Assembly: GCA_964016885.1 (NCBI GenBank)
Contig: OZ024742.1
Coordinates: 294,190,001 to 294,254,000, forward strand
Direction: 5' to 3'
DNA: 64,000 nt
DNA from: Eledone cirrhosa
Lineage: Eukaryota
Shown here: positions 1-12,660 of the stretch, one piece after another
Layout of the letters: each line of letters opens with the position of its first letter
How positions within the stretch are numbered: position 1 is the stretch's first letter
Notes under the pieces: generated by a model
Database searches by the model: none
What the model was told of the DNA's origin: nothing
The model's input: the letters and a program-made list of their open reading frames with translations, nothing else
Position numbers and translations under genes: made by a program

Positions 1-834
1 CAATACCTGATAACACATAGAATCCAACAATATTGTTTTGTTTTATATTACTAATATGTAGTTATTTCTCTCTAGTGCATCTCCTTTGACCTTGTAACAA
101 TTTACAATGATACTGCTGCACCAGGCATTTAGATATGAACCCCAACCTGTACTACTTGATAAACTCTGCAACTGTCTAGCTTGTATCCCATCATGCTGAT
201 TTAGGTATGAGGCCAGCAATTTGGGAGGAGGGAAAAATCAATTAAATCAACCCTCATACTTGATTGATACTTTATTTTATCAACCTAAGAAAGATGAAAT
301 GCAAAGCTAACTTTGGTGGGATTTGAACTCAGATTATAAACAGCCAGAACAAATACCAAAAAGCATTTATCTTAAGTTCTAACAATTCTAAGCCCCTGCT
401 GGAGTTAATAAAATTAAATACCAATTAAGTGCTAGGTCAATAACTAGTAATGAATTGCTGAAATCATTGAAGTATTGGACAAAATACCTTGGAATATTTA
501 TGGGGTCAATTTAAAGTACCAATCAAGTACTGGGTCAATATAGTTGACATCCTCCTCTCCCCTAATTTCTTACCTTGTACCTCTGTTAGAAACATTTCTA
601 TTACCTCCCACAGTATCTTACTGCAGGTCAGAAGATGTCAGGCTACTAAACCTTTTAAAACAAGGAAGTTTGCTGTTTTAACAATCATGAATCTACTATT
701 AAGTATTGGTGCCAATTCAATCAACTTCTGGCTTTATGCCAATGTTAGAAACAATTTTTTTTCATTATATATCTCATATTAGCTGTTAGTCTTAAAACTA
801 GCATCTGTGTATCAGACATTATTTCCAATAGTAA

Positions 835-1004
835 GGGCGGTGAATTGGCAGTATCGGTAGAGGGTTGGACGCCATGCTTTCTAACATAGTTACGTCCCTT
901 TATGGTCTGAGTTCAACTTTGCCTTTCATCCTTATGGGGGTCGATAAAATAAAGTACCAGTAATGTACTGGGTAATTGCTGGCCTTGTGCCAAAAGTAGA
1001 AACA
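835..1004 (+). mobile_element. tRNA-derived SINE with 17-bp target-site duplication
   Basis: A-box-like head GGGCGGTGAATTGGCAGTATCGGTAGAG and GAGTTCAA B-box-like segment. It is flanked by ATTATTTCCAATAGTAA at 818-834 and 1005-1021. Related copies lie near 16135-16475, 25230-25510, 33209-33395 and 54030-54240. Confidence 0.85.
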
Positions 1005-1439
1005 ATTATTTCCAATAGTAAACATAAGTTGGTAAGAGTGTTGAACTTTCAATCAGAATGTTATGCGTTTGATTCCTGGACTGGGTTTTGTGTTGTGTTC
1101 TTGAGCAAAACATCTCATTTCAAGTTGCTCCATTATACTCAGCTGAACATAAGAAACCAGGATAAGCACCGACCTGATGAGCCCCTGAGCGTGGGTCAGA
1201 CTTTAGAGATATCTCTTATTGATGAGGTAGCAAATTGATAGAGTTGTGAGAACATCAGCTAGAATGCTTTGCTATATTTGTTTCAGCTCTCCTTACTCAA
1301 AAGTTCAATTCCTGCCGAGACCAACATTATTTTTCATCCTTTTGAGCTTCACAAAAGAGTACCAGTCCAGTACTGGTGTCAATTCTTCCTCTTCTTTGAC
1401 TAGAAGAAATTGACTATGAACAGACCTGGAGATACAGGT

Positions 1440-3330
1440 TCTGTGGCACTGTTCTCATTTTGTGAATAATATTATCATTGTTTGTACCACATATATTTGT
1501 GTAGGAGCTTTTTTGGTGTATTATGTTGGGTGCCAATGGTCAATATTTGAATAAATTCAAAATTAGGTGGTTGTAGATGTGTTGTGTAAGGATTCAGATG
1601 GTTGGGTATTTTGGGGTGCTATATCAACATTTTTGTGGGATTCGTTGTTTGTAGTGAAGTGGTTATGGTTTAGTTTAATATTTGGATAAATTAGCTAGAT
1701 GTTGATGTGTTGTGTGAGCCTTCTGATTATTATGTAATTTGGTTGACTATTTCAAGGTGCTAAGGTTGTTGGAGTTGTATTCTAGAGGAAAGGTTTTGGC
1801 AATGGAGGCACGATAGTTATTGATATTAAATTTCCAGTTGTGTGTATAACCTATCTCTGTTGTTGAGGTACTTTGGTTGGTGAAGTGAAGAATGTGTTGA
1901 TGGTATCTATACATTTGTCATGGCGTATGCTCTATTCTACAGGAAAGTCTTAGCAGTGTAGGTGCAATAGTGGGGTTGTATCTATATAGCTTCTACCTCT
2001 TAACCCTTTAGTGTTCAAACCACCCCAATTATTTCCCCTTCATTTGTTCAAACCGCCCAATAACACCACACTAAAATATCGTTCTAAAAATAAACAATAC
2101 TGTCATCAAAATCTCGTCAATTCGAGATTAGGCCCTTACCACGAAAATTAACACTTAATATAGTGAAACAACTTAAAACAACACGTTTTTTTAACGTTGA
2201 AAGTAGAACAGATTTTTTGTGTATCAACTTGGCTCGTGAAAGTAGCGATACCGACTTTGAAGGTTTTACACACGATGACATTCAGAATGAACAAGAAACA
2301 AAAGATAATATTAGTGATTTATCTTCAAATGAATCAGATGTTTACATTTCTGAAATTTTATATGAAAATGATTGTTGTTTTGAAAGTGAAAACGAAGATT
2401 TCCAGGATGCCATTGAAAATATTACAGCAACGTGGTTGAAAAATACCACACTAATATATGTTCCCGATTTTATTCAAAATACTGGTCCACAACACACATT
2501 AGCTCCTGATGCTAAAGCACTGGATTATTTCTTTTTGTTTTTACTACAAACTTTCTTCGAAGTTGTGGCAGAAGAGATTAATCGATATGCCCAACAGATT
2601 TCAAATCGAGGAAAACCCGATCTGTTATGGCGACCAACAGATGTTGCGGAAATGCAAGCATTTTTTACCGTAAATATTATGTTCGGTATAAAACAATTTC
2701 CAAGACTGTGGAATTACTGGAACACTGATATAAGGTTTAGTGATCCTTATATATCAAGCATTATGCCGAAAACAACGTATTTAAAATTAAACCAGTATTT
2801 GCACCTGGTTGATACTTCAAATGCCCCTATTAATTAATTTCACCTGCCTATAAAAGTCAAATTTAACCAAAAAAAATCAGGTAAAATTAAATTATTGATA
2901 TTTAAACATCTGACAAAATTTCAAGCCTGCACATAGAAAATTAAGAAAATTACAAACAAATAAAATTGATAACCCTCTTGAATACGATTAACTGAAAATA
3001 ATGTGAACAGATAAACATGACATTTGACAAATGAATGTGAATGCTAAAGGGTTAAGGTGTATAATTGTAGGTATTTATTTGGTAGTATCTGTATATATGA
3101 TCAAAGGTATATGTTAGTTGATGGGAGATATTTTGGCCTTGATATATGTCTTAGTTTAAGGTAAGTACATGGTTAGTCTCTTAGCATTATAGTTGTTTAT
3201 GTTCATATAACCTTCACTAGATTGTTGCATGTACATTTAGTGTTAGTTAATAGTTTCACCCTCCAGGGTTGTGCTTGAGTAAAGTTTTGTATATCCTGTG
3301 TTTACATAAAGTAACAATTTCACTATTGCT
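1440..3330 (-). mobile_element. Highly decayed retroelement relic, possibly Penelope-like, interrupted by the piggyBac element
   Basis: Strand-biased GT-rich composition on both sides of the piggyBac insertion. Only faint motif-like remnants are present (e.g. LEYNSN) and there is no intact ORF. Confidence 0.25.
2004..3051 (+). mobile_element. piggyBac internal-deletion derivative carrying the 5' part of a transposase
   Basis: TTAA TSDs at 2000-2003 and 3052-3055, with CCCTTTAG...CTAAAGGG termini. ORF 2163-2837 has an acidic N-terminus followed by PGBD-type motifs (DYFFLF, EEINRYA, W.PTD..EM.AF, NYWNTD, IMP...Y..L.QYLH). It is truncated before the DDD catalytic core. Confidence 0.9.
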
Positions 3331-6300
3331 GTTGATTAGTTGTATCTTGCTGAATATGCTTCTTTGAGAAAAGGGTGCATGGATGGAACATACCTGTAAT
3401 TCAAATGTCTAGCCTTGTCATGTCATGCTGAATACCCTGAGAATTACATTAAGGATACATGTGTCTGAGGAATACTCAGCCACTTACACAAATTCATGAG
3501 TAGGCTGCTCCATTGACTGAACTCATTGTCAAAATCAATGAAGGTCTATTGAATAAATTTTCCAATTCATATCAACAAATTTGGGGATAACAGCTTCTTC
3601 CAGTGTCGGTTCTGTGATGTAATATATAAATTTCCTCTCTAAAATAATTATTTCATTTAATATCTTATTAAAATTAAGGTAGTGAGGACTATCTAAAATA
3701 TCAGCAGGGGTTCTGTGACAAATAAGTTTAGGAACCACTAGAGTACAGGGCAATTTATCAAATATTATGTAGAAATGATGTAATCCTTTTCCACGCTAGT
3801 ATGGGTTCGATGGACTGTCAAGTCCATGACTAGACAGGTCAGAGACCTCATCTTGTTCATAGATTCCATACTTGACAAGGTTTCTATGGTTGCATGCCCT
3901 TCCTAACACCAACAACTTTACTTTATAGTTGATGCATTTTGTGGCACCAGCACTATCAGCGTACTGAGTACACTTTATGATACCAGAACTAGAGAGGGCA
4001 TATGCCCAGTCATACTGGTCTCCTATCTACCCTATAGTCTCCATATGATCACCATCCCCTTTACTGAGTGTACTGGGGCCATTTTATTGTGGAACCAATA
4101 CAATTGTTAGGTATTCAACAGGATAATAATAATAACATTAATAATAATAAAAAGTCAGAATGATGACAATACTCAGAAATATATACGTGATTTTTAATTT
4201 GTTGATAAAAAATATTAGTGAATTGAGTGGTGTTTGTCAGTGTACATTTGACAAAACCTCAACACAGATACAATAAACTGTAGTCCAACAGAGTAAGACA
4301 AAGGTTGCTTATAGACAAATGGTCAAGATGGAAAAAACTTATTAAACCATTAATATATGTATTATGTTGCAAACATTTCAAACAGAGATCAAAAAGCCGC
4401 TGAGTAGAGTGAAACGAGTTGTTACTGAAACAGAACAGGTCAACTTGGAGTTAATATAAAAGGAAAGGAGCCGATTGTCAAATCAAAGCAAGGAAACAAT
4501 GTTTCCATAGCTGATACTTATCTGCCGGACTCAACTTCTGGCAGATGTGATTTGAACTCAACGCACAGAGCCGAATTAGATACCATAAAGCACCCCAACT
4601 GACTTTTTAACAATTACGTCATTACACCACCCCAGGACTGGTACTTTATGAACACCAAAAGGATGAAAGGCAAAATTGACCGTGGCTGGATTTGAACTCA
4701 GGGAGTAGAGAGCTGAAACAAATATCATGAGGTATTTAATCTTAACATCTCTGCCAATTTGTAATATTGGCAGAAAGAGCCGAAACATAGAGGCATTTAA
4801 TCGATGTTCGAATGACTGCCAATTTGCTGCCTTGGAGTTAATATAAAGTACTTCACAAAGGAGACGACTAAGGAGAGAGACAAATAGAGAGATGTACTAG
4901 AGAGGACTCGTCTAACCTATACAAGCACGGAAAAGCAGTTGTAAAAAGATATTTGGTGGAATCTTAATTACACAGTAAATAGATTACACTATCATAGGTA
5001 CATGAAAATTAGTTTGTATTTTGTTGCACATGTAATAACATTTAATGGAGGAAAGTGCATTTGGAGTGCACTATTGCATGGTGAAGTCAACTCAACGTCC
5101 TGTCACATTAGCAAGACATTCTTGATAAGTATAAAACATCATTATAATTGCATCACATTAAAAAGTGAAGTCTTTTCACAACAATTTGTCCAGTAGTAAA
5201 AATACTACATACTTAAACTTGTTTTTAGATAATTTGTGCTAAATCATTACAGGTTGTTAAATATATTAATAGTAGCTTGTCACAGCCAGCAACTGGATTG
5301 AGGAAAATCTCTCACCCAATAAAGAAATAGATATGTTCAGACTGAGCAAAAGATGTGGCAGAAATTCAGATTATTCTGGGACGGTTCAGATATATATTCA
5401 CTTATCATCCTAGATTGCCATATACATCAAACAGTGGTATAAAATATGCCTCAAATCACCTTAGAGAGGAAATTGTCTGTGTGATTTTCAAACAGTCACA
5501 ATACTAGATTTAATACGCATTTCCACTGAAAGATATTTGGGTCTGTAATTTGAAAGATGGTTTTATTAAATAAAACTGTGATTCTAGCTTTAAAAAAAAA
5601 GAAAATGATTTTCATCTGTAATGTATGTAAATTGTTTGGAAAAAAAAATATTAGTTAAAAACATTTTCCCAGTTATAGCCAAACAATAGCACAATGAGAT
5701 ACCAGTTATGTGCATATAATATACACATATGGAGTAGATTGAGTTCCAAATAAAACTAACACAGGGTGGAGAGGACTCTTGAGTTCAGCGAGACAACCTT
5801 TCTAGTGCTGGTGGCACTAATAATGCACCCACTCCACACTGTAAAGTGGTTGGTGATAGGAAGGGCACTCAGCGAGAAAACCCCCGCCAAAAACACAAGC
5901 TCAACCCATTCAAGTGTAGAAAAATGAACATAAAAATGATAGTGATGATATACATATGTTGGGGTTATTAAAATATATTTATAACATTTACTGATGGAAG
6001 GACTCAATGCTTGTAGTAGAGTCAAATATATTATACATGTTGGATGGATGGGGGACTTCAAATTTTTCCTTTTATGACTAGTTGAATAAGGTATAAAAAG
6101 TGAATTAAGCCCCAGCCAATCTAAGATGTATAGTATTATACACACATGCATATATATAATAAAATGTGGTGGAATTTGCTAAAGCTATTTTTAAAATGTA
6201 AATAGATTCAGCAACCACTTTAGATACCTTCTAATATTTACTGGGATTGACTAAAATGTTTATTTAATTACTAAGACTGTAACTTAATATATGGTTCTTA

Positions 6301-7990
6301 TAAAATTATGGTGAAAGATTTTAATTTAAATAAGAACCCTTTAAAATGGGTGGTTCTGTTTCTTAGAACTACAGCTGGTTTTGGCAGGGTTAATATCAAA
6401 AGAGTTCATAATAGTTTAACAGTTGAGATCCCAGGTTGTTTAAACCTAAAATTAGTAATTATTTGTAAATCTAGAGAACCACTTATGTTATTTAAATTAT
6501 TTAATAATCTGACAAACCTAATCAAGACTGATAAAACTCAAATTGACATGAAAAGATATACATGAATCCCTATAATTTGGGGCTCATTTCAAGAAAAAAA
6601 TAAACCAAACTAAGAAACGAACACCTAAGCATTAAAAATATATGAAACGCTGTTGCTACAACTGAGACCTTAGTGGGTTTAGCTGGCCTTCTACGGGGTT
6701 GCGTTTTAATAATAGGGGACTCAGTCCTATCATGTAAAGCAACGTGAAATGAAGTGTCATGCACAAGAATAAAATGTGCCACTCAGTCCAAGAATCAAAC
6801 CCACAATCTTAAGATTGTGGGTTCAACATCCTAACCACTAGGCCACCCACCTTCAATGAAAAATGAATGAAAAAAAATGCACAGCTCACACCCATGCAAG
6901 TTGAGTTGGCCTCTTACAAGATTGTATCTCCTAGGCTTCATGGGTGTTTCAATGATAGGTGCTCCAGTCCTATCATGAAAAACAACATGAAACAAAGTGT
7001 CTTGTTCAAATACAAAATGTGCAACCCAGTCTAGGAATTGAACTTATAACCTTATATGATTGTGAGTCCAATACTGTAACCATTAGGCTATGCACATTCA
7101 TTGAAAAATAACAAAACAAAAAAATATAGAATGAAGGTGTGTTTAATTTAGGCTTGAGGAAAAGAGCTCTGTTGAGGTTTATGGGATGTCTACAAAAGTA
7201 CTATAATACAAAGTGCAGCCTTGAATGTTATTAAGAAATCACAATGTGCTTGGTTCAGTCCAGAGGGCAGCAAATTTTGGAGCTAGAGCCTGAGTAATTG
7301 AGTAATTAATAGCAACATAGATGAGAGAAAGGTGTGTGGTGAAGGCCGGAGCCTAAGTAATTAATAGCATCATAAACGAGAGGTGTGATAGTGAAGTGGG
7401 TTTAAAGAGCTGGAGTCAATGTTGGATTATTTTTTTCTATTTCTTTTAAAATGTTACATCAACAACAGCAGCTCAAGTGGGTACTTTGATGAGATCAATG
7501 TCAGAAATAAAAAGGGAAAAAAAGAGGAAAAAATCATAACATTTCAGTATTTATTATTTCTAGTTTGGCAGATTTTTTTTTCTCTCATTATTTCTAGTAA
7601 CTTCTAGATTTTTCTTCTTTTTTCCTTTTGAAATATTGGACAAAAATGAGCACAAAATAATTTCTAAAATAAGTGTTGGGGTGGGGATGGCTAAGATATG
7701 CCACAAGTCTAAGTAACTTAAGAATATTTAAATATCGGAGAGTGATATATATATAGAGAGAGAAAGAGAGAGGGAGGAAGCAAATTGATCTTTGAGTTGT
7801 TGTTTGTTTGAAATGGCTAGAATACAACAGCAGCCACCAGCCAGAGGAAATCAGCTAAAGCAATTTCGTCTTTAAAAGTTTTTCAGTTTTTTTTAATAGT
7901 ATTTTTAAGAGAATGTCTTTTTTATATTAACTGATGAAAGGAGAATAAAGGAGAGAGAGAGAGAGAGGGGGGGGAAGAGAGAGAAGGAAT

Positions 7991-8110
7991 TTATGTAACA
8001 GGGATGTTATGAATTGAAAGCCTGAAGAATTCATTTATTATACTATAAGACTCTCCTTCACAATGGAGATTGAATACCTGACTAAATGACAGTGGTTTGT
8101 CTTCATCAGC
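7991..8110 (-). CDS. NUTF2: NTF2 last coding exon (ADEDKPLSFSQVFNLHCEGESYSIINEFFRLSIHNIPVT*)
   Basis: 120 nt, from a tttctttctAG acceptor to a TAA stop. It contains the ADED, FSQVF and N(E/D)xFRL motifs. The four exons join in frame to 131 aa. Confidence 0.95.
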   Translation of the reverse strand, partial: ADEDKPLSFSQVFNLHCEGESYSIINEFFRLSIHNIPVT

Positions 8111-9175
8111 CTAGAAAGAAAAAGAAAATAAAAAATGTAAATGTTTAAACGTATTAGGTTTTTATACATGAAAGGTAGTTTTAAAAAAAGGCCCTATTTC
8201 ATTTAAATTGCTTGTAAATAGAGTAATAGTTCAATATAAGTAGCGACCTCTGAACACTTAGTAACAATGGTTGACAAAGAAGCAAGTCTTTTTATGTATG
8301 AATATAAACTGGGACACAATGCAACTCAAGTAACATACACCAACAAAGTATTCAGAGAAACTATTACAGTACAAACTGTTCAGTGTTGGATCATCATCAT
8401 TACCATTTTACGTCCATTCTTCCACGCTAGCATGAGTTAAACGGGTTGCTCATATAGAACTGATTTGGGCTTGATTTCTACAGCTGGATACCCTTCCTAA
8501 CACCAACCTTATTTACAGTGAGTACCTAGGTGCCTACATGACCACTTTTCAGTATGGACTGGGTGCTTTTTTGTCGTGAAACCTACACAACCACTTTCCA
8601 GTCTATATGCTTCAGCTTCAATAAGTTTAAATCTAGCAATATGGAAACCAATAACTAACTCCAAAGAAGGCCCAACCTGTTCTTGATGATTATGAATTGT
8701 GAGAAAGAGGGGTCAGTAATCCAGAACAGTTCAACAATTTGCTGAAAACTTATGTTTCAAGCATATCCATATCTCATCATCATAACAATCTAATAGACAA
8801 ACATTTTGAAGAGAAATTCAAATGACATGATGACCTTGAAGGTCATCTCACACTGCTGATATTGTGTTTGATGTATAACCAGGTATAAAAAACAGCCAAT
8901 CCTAATCTAATCTGGCCGAGTTTACACTCAAATAAGAACTAGGGCCGCCCTCTAGGAGCATTGGATTTGGTGTACTTCATATTTGTTTCGGTTGCTGCTT
9001 CTCCTGAAGGTCAATAGTTCTCTTCTAACTCGAGCGGGAGCACCTTTCCATTTTCAATTTGCATTGATCATCTGCAAAGCCGCATTGTTCTCAGAACCAC
9101 TACACCAGTCTTTCGGTGCATGCAGCTGGAACTACTGCCACCCATTGATATGGCAGGATTTTTTTTTTTTTTTTT

Positions 9176-9369
9176 TTAGATGGCCATTGACTCTTATGAG
9201 TTCTTCTGCCCTTTGTCAGGATTTGTTTTTTATCCTGCAGGGTGTCCAGAATGACCCTCCTCATCAAGTAAACTTGGTGGGGTTGCCGGTTTAGTCGCCG
9301 GCGACCCGAACATTTGACAGGTTATACTGGGTTGCATGTTACCAGTAGCACTCAAGAGTAACCTGACAC
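9176..9369 (-). mobile_element. 5' UTR fragment of an RTE-type element
   Basis: Clear sequence similarity to 34037-34228 and 36530-36570. Confidence 0.7.
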
Positions 9370-9710
9370 TTTAACAGTCAAACAATCTTTTCATTACCAT
9401 TAATGAAAGACACTATATATGATTTTCAAATCATTTTTGAAAACAACCATGGATTTGGAAGGATTTTATCATTATTAAGCTGGAACTTGGAACATAACTT
9501 AAGGGTTCTTACATGAAATTATGATGGTGTATTTTAAAATAGATAACTTTGTAATGTAGATTCAAGGGCAGTTTCAGGCAAGTTAGAAAAGAGTTAACTG
9601 AATAAGCACTCAATACATATAAAACATTGTAAAATTATAGATATCTAGAAACATGGTTGTACACTAATGAGCATATCTGACTAACATTCACTGTTGGAGT
9701 TATAGATTAA

Positions 9711-9878
9711 CCCTTTAGTATTTAAACCGGCCAGAATACTCTCACCTCTTTCTATTCAAACTGGCCACACATACTGATTGATGTTCTCAAAGTCTCATAG
9801 ATTCAATATTATGTGAGATAAATCCTTTACCACAAAAATATAATAGTACATATATAGAGTAATGTAAATGCTAAAGGG
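9711..9878 (+). mobile_element. piggyBac MITE family A
   Basis: TTAA|CCCTTTAG...CTAAAGGG|TTAA, with the same termini as 2004-3051. Confidence 0.85.
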
Positions 9879-10731
9879 TTAAGACATAACTGTAAACCAT
9901 AAATTCCAATGTATAAGTTGACCCCAAAATAAAGATTTTTAGTTAAAAATTCTGTGTTATGACTACATCTACTGAACAAGTCAGTCATGGGCAAACAGCT
10001 GCTCATTTGGTTTTTCTGAATGGCATGCCTAATTTCAAAAGCAATGCAAACTATTTTTAGTACTGAGGCCCACTTTGGGATGGGTCATATTCTATACATC
10101 TCACTGCTTGAAAAAGGTTGCTCATGTATGGTATAGGTTGAGACCCCAAACTACATTCAGTTCTGTTAAAGCAGATTTTATTTTCTGACTGTCCTATGGA
10201 AGTTCTGATTGCCATAATATACATAGTGTATATATTATAGTAAAACACAGTTGTGTACCTTCTACATAATACCATTAATGATTTTCATAGTATTGTTCTG
10301 ATAATATACATACATCATATCATACAGTAAAACATGGTGGTACACTTTCTACAAAATAATTGAGTAAACCATACTCAACGCTGACTGTCATTATTCTAAC
10401 TAGTGACTATAATATACATACTGTTATATCATACTATTCTACCAAGTACCTAAGGAAACTGTACTCGCTGTTGCTGTCCATCATATGCACCAGTGATGTA
10501 AACAAATAGACAGTGGTGCCACAAATATGCACCTCACTGCGAAACTAGTCTAGTACATAATCATAAAGATTCACATTACATCCCTACTCTGTAAGTCATT
10601 CCTTAGATTTGGAGAAACTTTTCAAGATTAAAAAGTTGACTTAAAAAATGCCACAATTTACAGTTATGTCTCACATATATGTTAACATGAACAATATATA
10701 TAAAATATAAAGTAAATCACAGGTTACTTAC

Positions 10732-10830
10732 TTGCAGTTGCCCAGTGATAAAGATTAAAATTCCACCAGTGGTAGTAGGTAACGCATCCATCTTTGTTAC
10801 AACATGCTTGATACTTTTAAATGGCAATGA
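10732..10830 (-). CDS. NUTF2: NTF2 coding exon 3 (SLPFKSIKHVVTKMDALPTTTGGILIFITGQLQ)
   Basis: 99 nt, with a ttttctAG acceptor and a GTAAGT donor. SLPF..I.H and GQL motifs match the equivalent vertebrate NUTF2 segment. Confidence 0.95.
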
Positions 10831-10958
10831 CTAGAAAAATAAAAATTTACAAGTTAATACAGTGGGTCTCACATCTTACATGGTTTTAAATAGTGCAGTT
10901 TTATAACATACATGGACAGAAAATACCTTTTCTTTTAATAACAAAAAAAAACATTTAA

Positions 10959-11129
10959 CCCGTTACCATTTAAACTTGCCATATCCAGCCATAACTAGCT
11001 GCTCATACTTATATTAACGTATTGTTCTCAAAATAAATATCAAAATCTCATAGGTGAGATATTATGTAAGATAAAGTTTTTACCGTGAAAATACAATAGT
11101 AAATATAGAGTAATGTAAATGCTAAAGGG
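10959..11129 (+). mobile_element. piggyBac MITE family A
   Basis: TTAA-flanked, with right end AATGTAAATGCTAAAGGG|TTAA. A partial copy also ends at 15031. Confidence 0.8.
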
Positions 11130-12219
11130 TTAACATCCTATTCAACATGAACTTGTATCACCTAATGTAATGATGATAATCAATGAGTGAAGCTGTGCCA
11201 AGAGATCCCAGAAGAAAACTGTAGTAAAGGAAGGCCTCGAGAGAGAAGTGGTGAAAGATGATCTCAAAGTACTGAAGTACACAAAGGATATGAAAGAATG
11301 TAATGAGTGGAAGGAAGTTGTGCTGGAAATGACCATACAAACCATGCAAACATGGAAAATTGGATGTAAAACGATGATGATGCGAGGGAGAAAAATTCCA
11401 ACCCCTTCTACTGTCATTCTTTTCCTGAGTTTCCTCAACCTCCAAAGAACTTGAAATTATGGCTCCTCCAAAATACTGATGTACACAATCCTATCCCTTG
11501 TCCAGTGGGATACACAACCGATTCCACAGGTCACTTCCCTTCACCACGGTCATTTATCATGGTCTTCAGCTCCGTTACTGTCTCTATTTCTGTGTGTCTT
11601 TTAGCAGAGTGCCTACGTAAGTGATTTTTCTCCTTCCTCTATAGGTTCTCTGCAGGTTTTCTTCCCATTGCAATGTTACAACTAGATGACAATTCAAAAT
11701 GGTGGAGGAATGTTACCTGGGTCTCTGAGAACCACTGAGTTACAATTATTTATGTTGAACGACTGGGAACACAAGACTCTTCTCTGGATGAGATGCCAGT
11801 TCATCACAAGGCTAACTTCTAGCTGATGGTGTTGGTACTTATTATTTCTTTCAGTCGAGTGAACTGGAGCAATGTGAAATGAAGTGCCTTACCGAAAGAT
11901 CCAGTCTGGGAATCAAAGCCAAAATTATATGATCGCGAGTTCAACACCCTAACCATATGCCTGCACATAAGACAAGCGTTTTAAGGCCATTTTCTCTGCC
12001 AAAGCAAGGTTTTTCATTTTACCTATCATCTGCACACATTCTCATTTACTCCTCTACCATCTTTAGCCATGTATTTCTTAGTTTTCCCCTTCCAGATTCA
12101 TTTCCATGTGTATCTAGTTTAGAATGGTACATCAAGAATGGTACCTCTCAGTAAAACACATAAAACAAAAAAAAACAAAACACTTTTTTTTCCAAATTTA
12201 ATTTTAAATAAATAGTTAA

Positions 12220-12453
12220 TCCTTTGATACCAACTGCCGCTAGTTTTATGGTACAAAACTTTGTTTTAAAGTGTTTATACTTACCTAAAAACTTTCCAGT
12301 ATAATTTTTATGTAAGAACCTTTATGTTCCAAACACCAACTTTATAATGAGAAAGTTAGTTATATTACTAAATCTCTCCAAATTCTTGGTTATTTAAAAA
12401 CTTATTTGAAAATCATGGGTAATGTTTTGTTAAGAAATATGGTAATGAATGGG
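12220..12453 (+). mobile_element. piggyBac-like MITE family B (~240 bp)
   Basis: TTAA-flanked, with ends (C)CCTTTGATACC...ATATGGTAA(C/T)(A/G)AA(A/T)GGG. Diverged copies lie near 25580-25829, 37806-38046, 59550-59785 and 61715-61935. Confidence 0.65.
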
Positions 12454-12628
12454 TTAAATAATTTCAGCAAAAACAATTAGTCAAGGTATGAAAATATTGT
12501 GGATGTTGGTCACTATCACTATTGATACACTTGAAACCTACACTTATAGAAAACATCACTATTAGTAAATAATAAACTTACAAGATATTATATCTTTCAT
12601 GACTATTACAGCTACTATTGCTATTACC

Positions 12629-12660
<32 letters not shown>

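Noticed and set aside
1160-1202. CTGATGA within GACCTGATGAGCCCC
   Set aside because: No downstream stem II-GAAA; it is part of a SINE tail.
3535-3620. Minus-strand PKFVDMNWKIY resembling a COMM-domain motif
   Set aside because: Too short, with no supporting exons or donor site found.
5253-5330. Possible terminal exon of an upstream plus-strand gene (VVKYINSSLSQPATGLRKISHPIKK*)
   Set aside because: Weak acceptor and no recognisable homology. It cannot be supported without RNA data.
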